From contig CAZCMP010000005.1 in assembly GCA_964500005.1 (NCBI GenBank), positions 77,075-141,074 on the forward strand: a stretch of 64,000 bases of DNA, read 5' to 3'. Shown piece after piece: positions 20,146 through 28,976 of the stretch (its first letter is position 1; each line of letters starts with the position of its first letter). This DNA comes from an uncultured Thermococci archaeon. GTDB taxonomy: Archaea > Methanobacteriota_B > Thermococci > Methanofastidiosales > Methanofastidiosaceae. A program made the position numbers and the translations under genes. Below the pieces are notes generated by a model, which did no database searches, was not told the origin of the DNA, and was given only the letters and a program-made list of their open reading frames with translations.

Positions 20146-20319
20146 AATTTTTCACCATTTTTTTTATTAGATATAGATAATTGTACCTAATTATTAGATA
20201 TTTTATTATATATAAAGCTTTTGGTAACGATAATTATAGCTGGTAATTAAAAATTATAATTGTTAATTATTAATAGTTATTAAATATTATTATTGTTAAA
20301 CGATAACTACTAAAAAATA

Positions 20320-20640
20320 TATTGGATAATAATTGTAATAATTTTATAATTATATATGTTACAACATATATATTGTTGCATCTTGAGATTTTTAGAAAAA
20401 AATGCAGAAAAAAAATTGAGCGATGGGGGAAATTTTAATTGAGTTTTGGAAAAAATAGAGGGATAAAATGGTCTAAAGCGGCTGTGCTGGAACAGTATCG
20501 CCTATGATATATGTTGAGTAATCCGAGCCGATTTAAGGCGGAAAAGGAAGGGAAAAGCTCCGATTATTTAACCGATTATGGCGGGGGTAAACGGGTTAAA
20601 AAGAGAGGGAAAAAAGGAAATATTTTAAAATAAAATATAT
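20320..20640. repeat. right arm of the ~300-bp inverted repeat (partner 15341-15641)
   Basis: Its reverse complement aligns with 15341-15641. It also contains an ATAATTGTAATAATTTTA box at 20329-20346. Confidence 0.7.
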
Positions 20641-21866
20641 TATCCGGTGTAACCAAGTTCTCTCGCCCTGTCGAAACACTGTTGAGCTTCAGAGTATCTT
20701 CCTAAGTCCTGAAGTGTTCGCCCTTTGTTATTCCATGCGAGGGCATAGTTAGGGTCTATTGCAATAGCTTTGTCATAGGAAATTAAGGCTTCAGAGTTTT
20801 TTCCAAGGTTTCTGAGTGCTACTCCCCTATTGTTCCATGCTTGTTTATAGTCGGGATCTATTGCAAGCGCTTTATCGTATGAGATTATGGCTTCAGAAGG
20901 CCTTCCAAGGTTTCTGAGTGCTATCCCTCTGCCATACCATGCTTCTTTGATGTTTGGATCCAATGATATCGCCTTGTCGTAGACTTGTAGTGCTTCTGTG
21001 TACCTTTCAAGAAGTCTAAGTGCGGCCCCCTTACCGACCCATGCAAGGGCATAGTTTGAATCTATAGAAATCGCTTTATCAAAATTAGTTATGGCTTCAG
21101 AGTGCCTATCTAGCTCATTGTATGCATATCCCCTCCAATACCATGCTTCTTTGATGTTTGGATCTATAGAAATCGCTTTGTTATAAGATTGTATTGCTTC
21201 AGGATACCTTTCAAGATCTATGAGAGCTTTTCCTTTATTTGTCCATGCATCCTTAAAGTTTGAATCCATAGAAATAGCCTTATCAAAGCAAGTTATGGCT
21301 TCAGAATATTTCTTTTGTCCTTGAAGTAAAATCCCCTTGCCATTCCAGGAATTAACTAGGTATTTCTTAGTTTCTTTGTAATCAGGATCAAGCTCCATAA
21401 CTTTCTCAAAATTTTTTATTGCTTCATCATATTTTGCTTGATCATAAAAAGACACGCCTTCGTTGTATAACTTTTCAGCTTCAGATGCGCCTGGAAATAA
21501 AATAAGGGCGGCTACCAAAATAATAACTACTCCAATGCCCCCTATTGCAATTATCTTTTTTTTGCCTTTAGGCGTGGGAGATTCCTGATAATTTTTTGCT
21601 TCGGCTTTAGGGGGTTCCATTGTTTTTTCAAAAGGAGTCCCACATTGCCCACAAACCTGATCAGACAATGCCATTTTAGATCCACAGTTTTGACATATCT
21701 TACCCTCTGCTTCTACCTTTGTGCCACAAGATGGACAAAAGAGAGAGCCTCTAGGAAAAGAACTATTACATTTACTGCATTTATTTTCGTCCATTATATC
21801 CCATTTAGCCATATTATTTAGCATATATAAGGGTATGGAAAATAAAATAAATATTCTTTCATGCAT
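20640..21866 (-). CDS. double zinc-ribbon / TM / TPR-repeat protein
   Basis: The N-terminus has CxxC...CxxC x2. It has one TM helix and about 8 TPR repeats (AW..KG.AL..L.RY.EA...YDKAI.IDPN). The C-terminus is ELGYTG. It is a paralog of 38103-38837. Confidence 0.8.
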   Translation of the reverse strand: MHERIFILFSIPLYMLNNMAKWDIMDENKCSKCNSSFPRGSLFCPSCGTKVEAEGKICQNCGSKMALSDQVCGQCGTPFEKTMEPPKAEAKNYQESPTPKGKKKIIAIGGIGVVIILVAALILFPGASEAEKLYNEGVSFYDQAKYDEAIKNFEKVMELDPDYKETKKYLVNSWNGKGILLQGQKKYSEAITCFDKAISMDSNFKDAWTNKGKALIDLERYPEAIQSYNKAISIDPNIKEAWYWRGYAYNELDRHSEAITNFDKAISIDSNYALAWVGKGAALRLLERYTEALQVYDKAISLDPNIKEAWYGRGIALRNLGRPSEAIISYDKALAIDPDYKQAWNNRGVALRNLGKNSEALISYDKAIAIDPNYALAWNNKGRTLQDLGRYSEAQQCFDRARELGYTG

Positions 21867-21927
21867 TTAATCTGAATTATTAACATGCATAGGGAAAAGA
21901 TTTATTATATTAATATCCTTAATTTCA

Positions 21928-22167
21928 TTGTTACCAAATTTTATGGAGAGTTGTGTTATGAGGATTGTTAAAAAAGATATGATGAGGCAACAGAAAATAC
22001 AGAGGCAAGAACAAGACCCTGAAAGGCAAGCGCAGGACGAGCAATTGAAAAAGCAACTAGAAGAAATGAAAAAACAGAAGATAAAAAAGCAGAAACTAGA
22101 TGAAAAGGAGATAGAGAAGAGTAAAAATAAACAGGAACAAAATAAAGAAAAGATGAAAATTAAATAA
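21928..22167 (+). CDS. hypothetical K/E/Q-rich low-complexity protein
   Basis: The 79-aa product is highly charged and of low complexity, and may be spurious. Confidence 0.2.
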   Translation: MLPNFMESCVMRIVKKDMMRQQKIQRQEQDPERQAQDEQLKKQLEEMKKQKIKKQKLDEKEIEKSKNKQEQNKEKMKIK

Positions 22168-22233
22168 AATTAAGTTTTATTCTTTCTGTCAAGATCCAGT
22201 ATAACATTAATTATTGCAATAGGAAAGATCTAG

Positions 22234-22679
22234 ATGATTAGACCCCTTCAAAAAGATGAAGAAATTCCTTATAATCTATTATTGCTAGCCGATGAAACAA
22301 TTGATGCTATTAATAGGTATATCAATGATTCTGAAATTTTCATATTTGAAAAGAATAACGAAACTATAGCGATCTATGTACTCCAAAAAATAAGTGATGA
22401 CACTATTGAAATAAAAAATATAGCAGTGGATACAAACATCAAGGGCAAGGCATAGGTAAGCTACTTCTGAGAGATGCTATTTCCAGAGCAAAAGGATTCA
22501 AAACTATTGTTATTGGAACGGGTGATATAGCAATTAAACAGTTGTATCTATACCAGAAAGAAGGTTTTGAGATATTTGACATTAAAAAAAGCTTTTACCT
22601 AGATAACTATCCAAATCCGATATATGAAAATGGGATACAGCTTAAAGATATGGTAATGCTAAAGAAAGAACTGATTTAA
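22234..22679 (+). pseudogene. GNAT family N-acetyltransferase interrupted by a frameshift
   Basis: The N-terminal 73 codons (frame 1) end at TAG 22453. The GNAT motif A continues in frame 3 from ~22443 (G(Q)GIGKLLLRDAISRAKGFKTIVIGTG...EGFEI) and runs to the stop at 22677-22679. Confidence 0.6.
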
Positions 22680-22745
22680 TTTGAAACTAATTATTAAAAA
22701 ATTTTTTCCAATATTCTTATATACAAAAATTCAAAATAAATAACA

Positions 22746-23375
22746 ATGTCACAATTTAGAACCCCCAAAGGATTTTATGGAAGATTATTGGCTAGGGGCA
22801 TGGCATGGGGACATAAAGATTTTTACAAAAATGCTGCAAAGGCCCTTGATCTAAAAGAAGATGATAAATATCTTGAAATAGGGTTTGGCTCTGGATTATT
22901 CATAAAGAGATATGCTTCACATGTTTCAAGAATATCAGGATTAGATTATTCCATAGAGATGGTAAATCTAGCAACAGATACCAATAAAGACCTCGTTACA
23001 TTGGGCAAAGCTGAATTTAAGCTAGGCGATGCATCTTCTTTGCCATGGAAAAATGAGGAATTTTCTGCAGTAGCTGGAATTGAAACATTTTTCTTTTGGA
23101 ATGAGCCGATGAAATCGCTTAAAGAGGTATACCGGGTATTGGCCCCAGGGGGCAGATTGGTAATTGAAATGGCATACAATAAAGAGGACGGATTGGATCA
23201 CTCAAAGCATGTTAAGCAAATGAATCTAAAATTGTATACTGCAGATGAAATGACTAAAATGCTAAATGAAGCTGGATTTAGCGATGTAGCCGTCACTTAT
23301 TTTAAAGGATTTTGGCTTCCCTTGAAAGGGCATGTTGTTCCAAAAGGCATGGTCATTAAAGCTATTAAGAAATAA
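22746..23375 (+). CDS. class I SAM-dependent methyltransferase
   Basis: Motif I YLEIGFGSGLF and post-I VLAPGGRLVIE are present. Confidence 0.8.
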   Translation: MSQFRTPKGFYGRLLARGMAWGHKDFYKNAAKALDLKEDDKYLEIGFGSGLFIKRYASHVSRISGLDYSIEMVNLATDTNKDLVTLGKAEFKLGDASSLPWKNEEFSAVAGIETFFFWNEPMKSLKEVYRVLAPGGRLVIEMAYNKEDGLDHSKHVKQMNLKLYTADEMTKMLNEAGFSDVAVTYFKGFWLPLKGHVVPKGMVIKAIKK

Positions 23376-23418
23376 TGTAAAAATAGTAATATAAAAGAGT
23401 TGTAATAAAAAAATTGAA

Positions 23419-24339
23419 TTAATCTTCCTGATTTTCCTTTAGGATTTTTAATATCTGTGCAATTGGAAGTGAAGGTTTATTTCCTGCTTTTGCCAATCTG
23501 CTTGGATTCCAATTTATTATCTGATTAATTTCTTGGAGGTCGTATTTCATTTTGGCATCTTTATAGTTGTATAGGTCTTGTGCAAGTGCTATGGCATCAT
23601 TGTTGTTAAATGCCATCCCTCCAAAGTGCATTAGGACGACAGTCTGCCCCGGATTAACGGTGACATTCTCCCAACTGTAATTAATATACCCGCTTTCATC
23701 AGAGAACTCCCACAGCGAATCTATTCTGTCAGAACCACCAGGCCCATCCCATACATGAGAAAGAGAAGGGTCATGTGTACCATCGCCATTATCAGTAAGC
23801 TGGTCATACGATACTGCCCAGTAATCGTTTACATCTGCTAATGCATCGCCACTTGAAGTTTTAACAACTCGATTGTTAGAGTCAGAGCCAAAATTTGAAT
23901 ATATCCGCACACCAACTGATATAGGGGATTCTGTGGGATTGTAAAGTATCTCTAAATACCTTACCCAGTTCCGATCTTCAGGGAAGTAAACCTTGCGCCT
24001 AACAATCAGATTAGACATAGTATAATCATCCAAAAAGTATTCTCTGCCATCTGCTTCTGTAGTGTAGTTCTCGCTATCATCGTTATTGTACTGTGGATAA
24101 TCCTTTGGATTTCCGATTCCAACATAAAGGCGGAAAGCATGTTCGTCATATGCATCACGTAAGGATCCATCCTTGCTGTGTGCATCATTAATATGTCCAA
24201 ATTTCGTATCAAAATCATCAAAAATGAAGTCCATAACATCTACGTCAAATTTATCGCCGAAAACAGACGCAATCCCAAACGTACTTACTATAAATAGAAA
24301 GCTTATCAATATCGCCATTATTTTCTTCATAATAATCAC
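23419..24339 (-). CDS. secreted hypothetical protein with conserved C-terminal ILKILKENQED tail
   Basis: It has a signal peptide. There are no recognisable domains. The C-terminal 16 aa are shared with 25720-27084. Confidence 0.55.
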   Translation of the reverse strand: MIIMKKIMAILISFLFIVSTFGIASVFGDKFDVDVMDFIFDDFDTKFGHINDAHSKDGSLRDAYDEHAFRLYVGIGNPKDYPQYNNDDSENYTTEADGREYFLDDYTMSNLIVRRKVYFPEDRNWVRYLEILYNPTESPISVGVRIYSNFGSDSNNRVVKTSSGDALADVNDYWAVSYDQLTDNGDGTHDPSLSHVWDGPGGSDRIDSLWEFSDESGYINYSWENVTVNPGQTVVLMHFGGMAFNNNDAIALAQDLYNYKDAKMKYDLQEINQIINWNPSRLAKAGNKPSLPIAQILKILKENQED

Positions 24340-24428
24340 TGTTGATAATCAGTTCTATATAATGACTAATAGTATATAAATATATCGAATTTTGCCTATA
24401 TAATTTTAAAATAACAGATTATAACCCC

Positions 24429-24626
24429 TTATTTCTTGTTAGCCCACTTCTTGGCTGCTTTTGTGGGGAAAAGAGTTGCAAATACAGTTTGTTGCCATTT
24501 AAGAAATTTATCGATGCAATCTAAACATATGTCTACGCTATGAGATTCATCAATTTTCAATTGATTAAATTTTGGATCATATCTCTCGATTTCTTTCCTA
24601 CATAATATGCAATCCATTGTAATCAC
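24429..24626 (-). CDS. small CxxC...CxxC zinc-finger protein
   Basis: The 65-aa product has CILC...CLDC. Confidence 0.35.
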   Translation of the reverse strand: MITMDCILCRKEIERYDPKFNQLKIDESHSVDICLDCIDKFLKWQQTVFATLFPTKAAKKWANKK

Positions 24627-24660
24627 GTTCCATAATGATATGTTTCAATATACCTCTCAT

Positions 24661-25599
24661 TCATTTTTTATATGCAACGTAAATATCTGCTTCTATCATT
24701 TTGTTATCTTTATAGAAGTGGTGGGTAAAATAGACATTTCCATCAACATCTATAGAAGCCTCCCCTGCGAGAGGTGAGATTATAAGCTCAGGTTCTGTCC
24801 ACTCCCCATTGATCCACTTTGACCTCCAAAGGCCATAGTCTCTACTAATCCACAATTCCTTTCCATCTGGGGAAATAACGGGCCACCCTTCGTCTCTTGC
24901 AGTGTTGACATTTGTAACGTTTTTTGGCTCAGACCATTCACCTTTGGAATCTTTTTCCATTACCCAGATGTCTAATCCCCCCTTTCCACCTGCCCTGGCT
25001 GAATGGAAATACAACTCATCGCCGTAGAAGTGTAGCTCCCCAACTTCATAACTTTCAGGGAAATTGACTTTCAGCCAGTTTTTCCATTTATTGGTCGATG
25101 GGTCAAATTCAGCCGTGAACCAATTCATACCTGGGTACCCCTCTCTTGCAGAACAGAAAAACATTGTATTATCCTTAACAAAGCTGCACCCGTCTAAGGC
25201 CAGTTTTCTAGGATCCTGTAATATAATTCTTTCAGGCTTGCTCCACGTATCTCCAGATTTATGTGAAACGTATATACCAGTTACTCCATCGATAAGTTGT
25301 TTTTCAACGGGTATGTTGACATCAGGGGTAAACCAAAAATAGAGAGTTTTTCCGTCTGGTAGTATAAAAGCAGAATCTTCACCACCTCTAGTATTAATCG
25401 GGTATGGCAAGGGAACTGGATCATAATAGTCTAAAGAGTAAGATTTTGGAGGATTCGAATCTGTTTCAGGCGTGACCTTTATTGCATTTGGCGGGATTTT
25501 GCTTTCCCTGTCAATTAGTTCAATCTCTTTAGTTGCACAGCCCATTACGGAGATCAACAGTAAAATCCCCAATAATAGGACAATTATCTTTTTATTCAT
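24661..25599 (-). CDS. putative lipoprotein with TolB-like PD40 beta-propeller repeats
   Basis: It has a signal plus lipobox-like LLISVMGC. Repeated DGK(T/E)L(Y/W)F-type PD40 motifs are present. The likely start is MNKK at 25599. Confidence 0.55.
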   Translation of the reverse strand: MNKKIIVLLLGILLLISVMGCATKEIELIDRESKIPPNAIKVTPETDSNPPKSYSLDYYDPVPLPYPINTRGGEDSAFILPDGKTLYFWFTPDVNIPVEKQLIDGVTGIYVSHKSGDTWSKPERIILQDPRKLALDGCSFVKDNTMFFCSAREGYPGMNWFTAEFDPSTNKWKNWLKVNFPESYEVGELHFYGDELYFHSARAGGKGGLDIWVMEKDSKGEWSEPKNVTNVNTARDEGWPVISPDGKELWISRDYGLWRSKWINGEWTEPELIISPLAGEASIDVDGNVYFTHHFYKDNKMIEADIYVAYKK

Positions 25600-25719
25600 A
25601 TCTGCGCCCATTTTAACTTATTTTCAAGAGATATAAGTTTACCGGGAAAAGAAAAAAATAAAATCATGAAAATTGTTTTCAATAGTACTAAGTTATCTAA
25701 AAAAAAGTTTAAAATAAAT

Positions 25720-27084
25720 TTATTTTTCTTCGTTTTCCTTTAGGATCTTAATTATCTTATCCACCGGGAGATATTGAGTCTCTGAGCCACCTATAGATGG
25801 GTAGTGGTACCCCATATCTACAGTTCCTCTATCAAATACCCCTTTGACATTTGTCGTAAAACCTGTTGAAAGACTAAGGTTTTTAGCTAAGTCAGAACCA
25901 CTGTCAACACAAGGGCTCAAATTAGAGAGGTAGAATTCCCCTAAGGGCCCTTTGGTGAAAATTGGATCTACAGATATGCATCCTTCACCAGGCTCTACCC
26001 CTCCAAATGCTTGTCCCCAGTTGTCCTTGTTGTTCCAGGAATTAGAATATATAATTGAGTTGAAAAATAATAAGGGGGGTACCCATATGCCGTAAACGGG
26101 TGTTAGGTCATCGCTAGCAGTATTACTGCTTACTATGCAATTTTCAACTGTTATGCCAACACCTATGGCAGAAATTCCATAAACTGATCTTCCGTCAGTA
26201 TAAATATTATTGATGGAATTATTACTAACGGTACAATTGATAATTAAACTGTTTTCCGTTAGATAAGGATTATCCACGTCAAGATTAATACCTTCCAAAT
26301 AAGTTCCCCTTAGGAGCTTATTTCCGCTGATTGAAATATTTTTTATTAAAAAAGGGCTTTTGCCCGCAAGATATACGCCAATTAAGGCCTCCCCATTTTC
26401 TAAAGTGTTATTGTTGACCGTTCCATTTTTTATTGTCCAATTGTTGCCACCCCCAACTACAGGCCTAAATGTAGAAGTAATTTTAAACAAATTTCTGTCA
26501 AATTCAAACCCATCTATCAACCAGTTATTTCCATAGCCTGAAATACCAATAATACGGATTCCATTATAAAAAATATTATCACTCATAGAAACGTTTTTTA
26601 CTGACCAATTGTCTCCTATTCCAAGTATACAAGAAAGATCTCCAGACACAGGAATGACGTCTGTCGTGAGGTCGAATTTACAGTTTTCTATTGTTACATT
26701 GCTTCCCTTAAAGGTAATACCATATAACTGAAAATTTCTTAAACCAAGATTTTTGATTGTTATATCGTTTAGAATCTTATTTGTATAATCATAATTACCT
26801 ATACAAATATCAGATCCTCCTCTACAATCAATTATGGTGTTTAAAGGGTCATCCCCTATTATGGTGACATTTGGATTATTGATTTCGATCCCATTTGGGT
26901 ATGTGCTAATGTCATATGTTCCATAGTGTACATAGACTGTATCCCCCGGTTCTGCTGCACCTATCTTGGCTACAATGTCGTCCCCTGGGTAAACATGTAT
27001 ATTTCCAGCAGAAACTGGATTCAAAAAGATAAGAAAAGCGCCTAAAATAATAAAGACCGTTATAATACTTGATACTTTTTTCAT
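25720..27084 (-). CDS. secreted right-handed parallel beta-helix repeat protein with C-terminal IIKILKENEEK tail
   Basis: It has a signal peptide MKKVSSIITVFIILGAFLIFLNPVSA. It has extensive beta-helix repeats (NN..NN.I....G). It is a paralog-like of 19096-20145. Confidence 0.75.
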   Translation of the reverse strand: MKKVSSIITVFIILGAFLIFLNPVSAGNIHVYPGDDIVAKIGAAEPGDTVYVHYGTYDISTYPNGIEINNPNVTIIGDDPLNTIIDCRGGSDICIGNYDYTNKILNDITIKNLGLRNFQLYGITFKGSNVTIENCKFDLTTDVIPVSGDLSCILGIGDNWSVKNVSMSDNIFYNGIRIIGISGYGNNWLIDGFEFDRNLFKITSTFRPVVGGGNNWTIKNGTVNNNTLENGEALIGVYLAGKSPFLIKNISISGNKLLRGTYLEGINLDVDNPYLTENSLIINCTVSNNSINNIYTDGRSVYGISAIGVGITVENCIVSSNTASDDLTPVYGIWVPPLLFFNSIIYSNSWNNKDNWGQAFGGVEPGEGCISVDPIFTKGPLGEFYLSNLSPCVDSGSDLAKNLSLSTGFTTNVKGVFDRGTVDMGYHYPSIGGSETQYLPVDKIIKILKENEEK

Positions 27085-27176
27085 GAAAAACACCATTATA
27101 ATTGTAAAAATAGATAATCATTAATATTTAAATATTTGCTTAAGTTGAAAAGTAAAATAATTTTGAAAATAAAAAA

Positions 27177-27533
27177 TTATTTTTTGTATTTTGGATGGAC
27201 AGGGGATGCCTTTTCACGCACTAATTGGATAATTTTAACGAGCTCTTCTTTATTAATTGAGTCGATGTTTTCAAATTTCAAGTGGCGCATAGTCTTTCCC
27301 CCACCTTGAAATAATTTAACTTCCTCTGGCGTTAGTCCAACAATTGAGAATCCCATGTTAATTTGTTTAGGGAGATTTGCAATGTAATACAGATCATCAT
27401 AGCACATTACGCCATATTCCATTTTTTCGTTTAGACTAGGGATTGCATCAAGCAGAACTTTGCGTAAGTATAACATTATTTTTTGTCTTTCAAGAGGTTG
27501 TTTTTCTAAATATTGTTTTATCTGTGGATTCAT
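27177..27533 (-). CDS. DUF1801 (YdhG-like) domain protein
   Basis: It has GGGKTMRHLKF.. and is a paralog of 18048-18398. Confidence 0.6.
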   Translation of the reverse strand: MNPQIKQYLEKQPLERQKIMLYLRKVLLDAIPSLNEKMEYGVMCYDDLYYIANLPKQINMGFSIVGLTPEEVKLFQGGGKTMRHLKFENIDSINKEELVKIIQLVREKASPVHPKYKK

Positions 27534-27636
27534 TCTATTACCTATTAATCTTTGAATTTACATAAATATAAAGATATGGAAAAAGAAGAAAATAAAGAAA
27601 ATAAAACCTATAAAATAAAAATAAAAAATTAAATTT

Positions 27637-28956
27637 TTATGAGACAACAAAGTCTATTGTGGCAGTGTCAAATACGCCACTTGGCGAGTATGCGACCATT
27701 GTAACCTTGTATGTGCCTGAAGGAACGTTTGAACCCAATGTGAATAATGCAGAGTATGCGCCTATGTTGTGTGCCTTTAGCTTTTGTGTTTCCGGTACAG
27801 TTTGAACTGTGACGCCTTCTGGAAGCCCGTCAAATCTTAACCTTGTGTCGTTTTGTGTAAAGAACCCTCTGTTCTCTACCTGTAGGAACACCTGTTGGCT
27901 ACCGGGGGACATTTCAAATGATGATATGATCTTACCATCTTGGATTACAGTTTCCCCTCCTGGGACTGAGAATGTCTCAATGTCTACCTTTGGGTAGAGT
28001 ATTGTGGCAGGGAGCGATGGATTCGGTTTGCAGTCGTAGCAGCATTTCTGCTCAAGTGAGAATAATAATCGACCTTTTCCCTCGATTGTGATTGTCCTTG
28101 GAACGCCTTGAATCATGACAACATCAGGCATTTGGTCAAAAGGCCTCTCACCATTGTACCAGACAACCATGTGTGGGTAATTATTGGCTAGTACTGCAAA
28201 GCTTCGGACTTCACATGTAGGAAGGCTTAATGGTACGCCGTTTATCACAATTTCTCCACATCCAGCAAATAGCATAATCACATACTCGTTGACATCACAT
28301 TTGTAGTTTGCAGGCATGTTGTATCCGCTGCAATTTGTTGCACATTCAAGTGAAGGGTTGCTTCCACACCCCCTCATGTCAAAGCAACAGCTATTTATCA
28401 GCTTTCTATCCTCTGAACTAAAATCCCCTTCGCCAGCACACGGTGGAGGCTCATTAAAGAATGTTCTGGAGTCGTTGCATGATGGAACATTGATAACCAA
28501 TGATTTAATTTCTGCTCCACCCACATATTCAAAGTATGATTGTTTACCATATAGATAACATTCAGAGCTTTCACAACTTTCAAGGCATTGATTAAAAAAT
28601 GGCATATCGCCACAAGATTCATAGCAGTAAGCTAAGCATGACTGTGTGGATTTTGGCATATTTACACATAATAGATCCCTTGCATAGCATCCTTTCACAT
28701 TGCTAATGTATATCTCCATCCAGTAAGGATGGAACCATCTTTGTTGGCACTCAAAAAAAGCATTGTATGAGCAGTCATCACATGGATCATATTGGTCAAC
28801 TGTTTGAGGTTGAGAACACGACTTCATGCAATCATTGAAGATGCATTCTTGACATCCCGAAGGAAGAGTATCTTCGCATGGTTCTTGTGAACTTGCAATA
28901 GAAAAACTTGCTATTCCCATAAGGAAAACTATAGTTAAAGCTAATATTTTTTTCAT
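27637..28956 (-). CDS. cysteine-rich secreted protein with C-terminal Ig-like/CARDB-like beta-sandwich domain (paralog A)
   Basis: It has a signal peptide MKKILALTIVFLMGIASFSIASS. More than 40 Cys lie in the N-terminal two-thirds. The C-terminal ~170 aa are ~95% identical to 45926-47329. Confidence 0.75.
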   Translation of the reverse strand: MKKILALTIVFLMGIASFSIASSQEPCEDTLPSGCQECIFNDCMKSCSQPQTVDQYDPCDDCSYNAFFECQQRWFHPYWMEIYISNVKGCYARDLLCVNMPKSTQSCLAYCYESCGDMPFFNQCLESCESSECYLYGKQSYFEYVGGAEIKSLVINVPSCNDSRTFFNEPPPCAGEGDFSSEDRKLINSCCFDMRGCGSNPSLECATNCSGYNMPANYKCDVNEYVIMLFAGCGEIVINGVPLSLPTCEVRSFAVLANNYPHMVVWYNGERPFDQMPDVVMIQGVPRTITIEGKGRLLFSLEQKCCYDCKPNPSLPATILYPKVDIETFSVPGGETVIQDGKIISSFEMSPGSQQVFLQVENRGFFTQNDTRLRFDGLPEGVTVQTVPETQKLKAHNIGAYSALFTLGSNVPSGTYKVTMVAYSPSGVFDTATIDFVVS

Positions 28957-28964
28957 ATTTTACA

Positions 28965-28976
28965 CTATCCGGATAG
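28965..28976. promoter_or_regulatory. perfect 12-bp palindrome CTATCCGGATAG in conserved 5' leader (also at 47338-47349)
   Basis: It is identical in sequence and position (9-20 nt upstream of ATG) in both Cys-rich paralogs. Confidence 0.4.

Noticed and set aside
15341-20640. An insertion sequence or transposon bounded by the 300-bp inverted repeats.
   Set aside because: No transposase, integrase or recombinase ORF lies in or near the segment. No target-site duplication is evident. I report it as an IR-bounded cassette of unknown nature instead.
21928-22167. A K/E/Q-rich 79-aa ORF that might be a real charged protein.
   Set aside because: Its low-complexity composition is typical of chance ORFs in AT-rich DNA. 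I kept it only as a low-confidence feature.
27809-27997. Antisense ORFs inside the Cys-rich paralogs: 27809-27997 and 28316-28558 (+), 45948-46286 and 46602-46907 (+), and 28398-28622 (-).
   Set aside because: They are identical between paralogs only because the underlying sense gene is duplicated. They have no start context and lie wholly inside strong coding regions.
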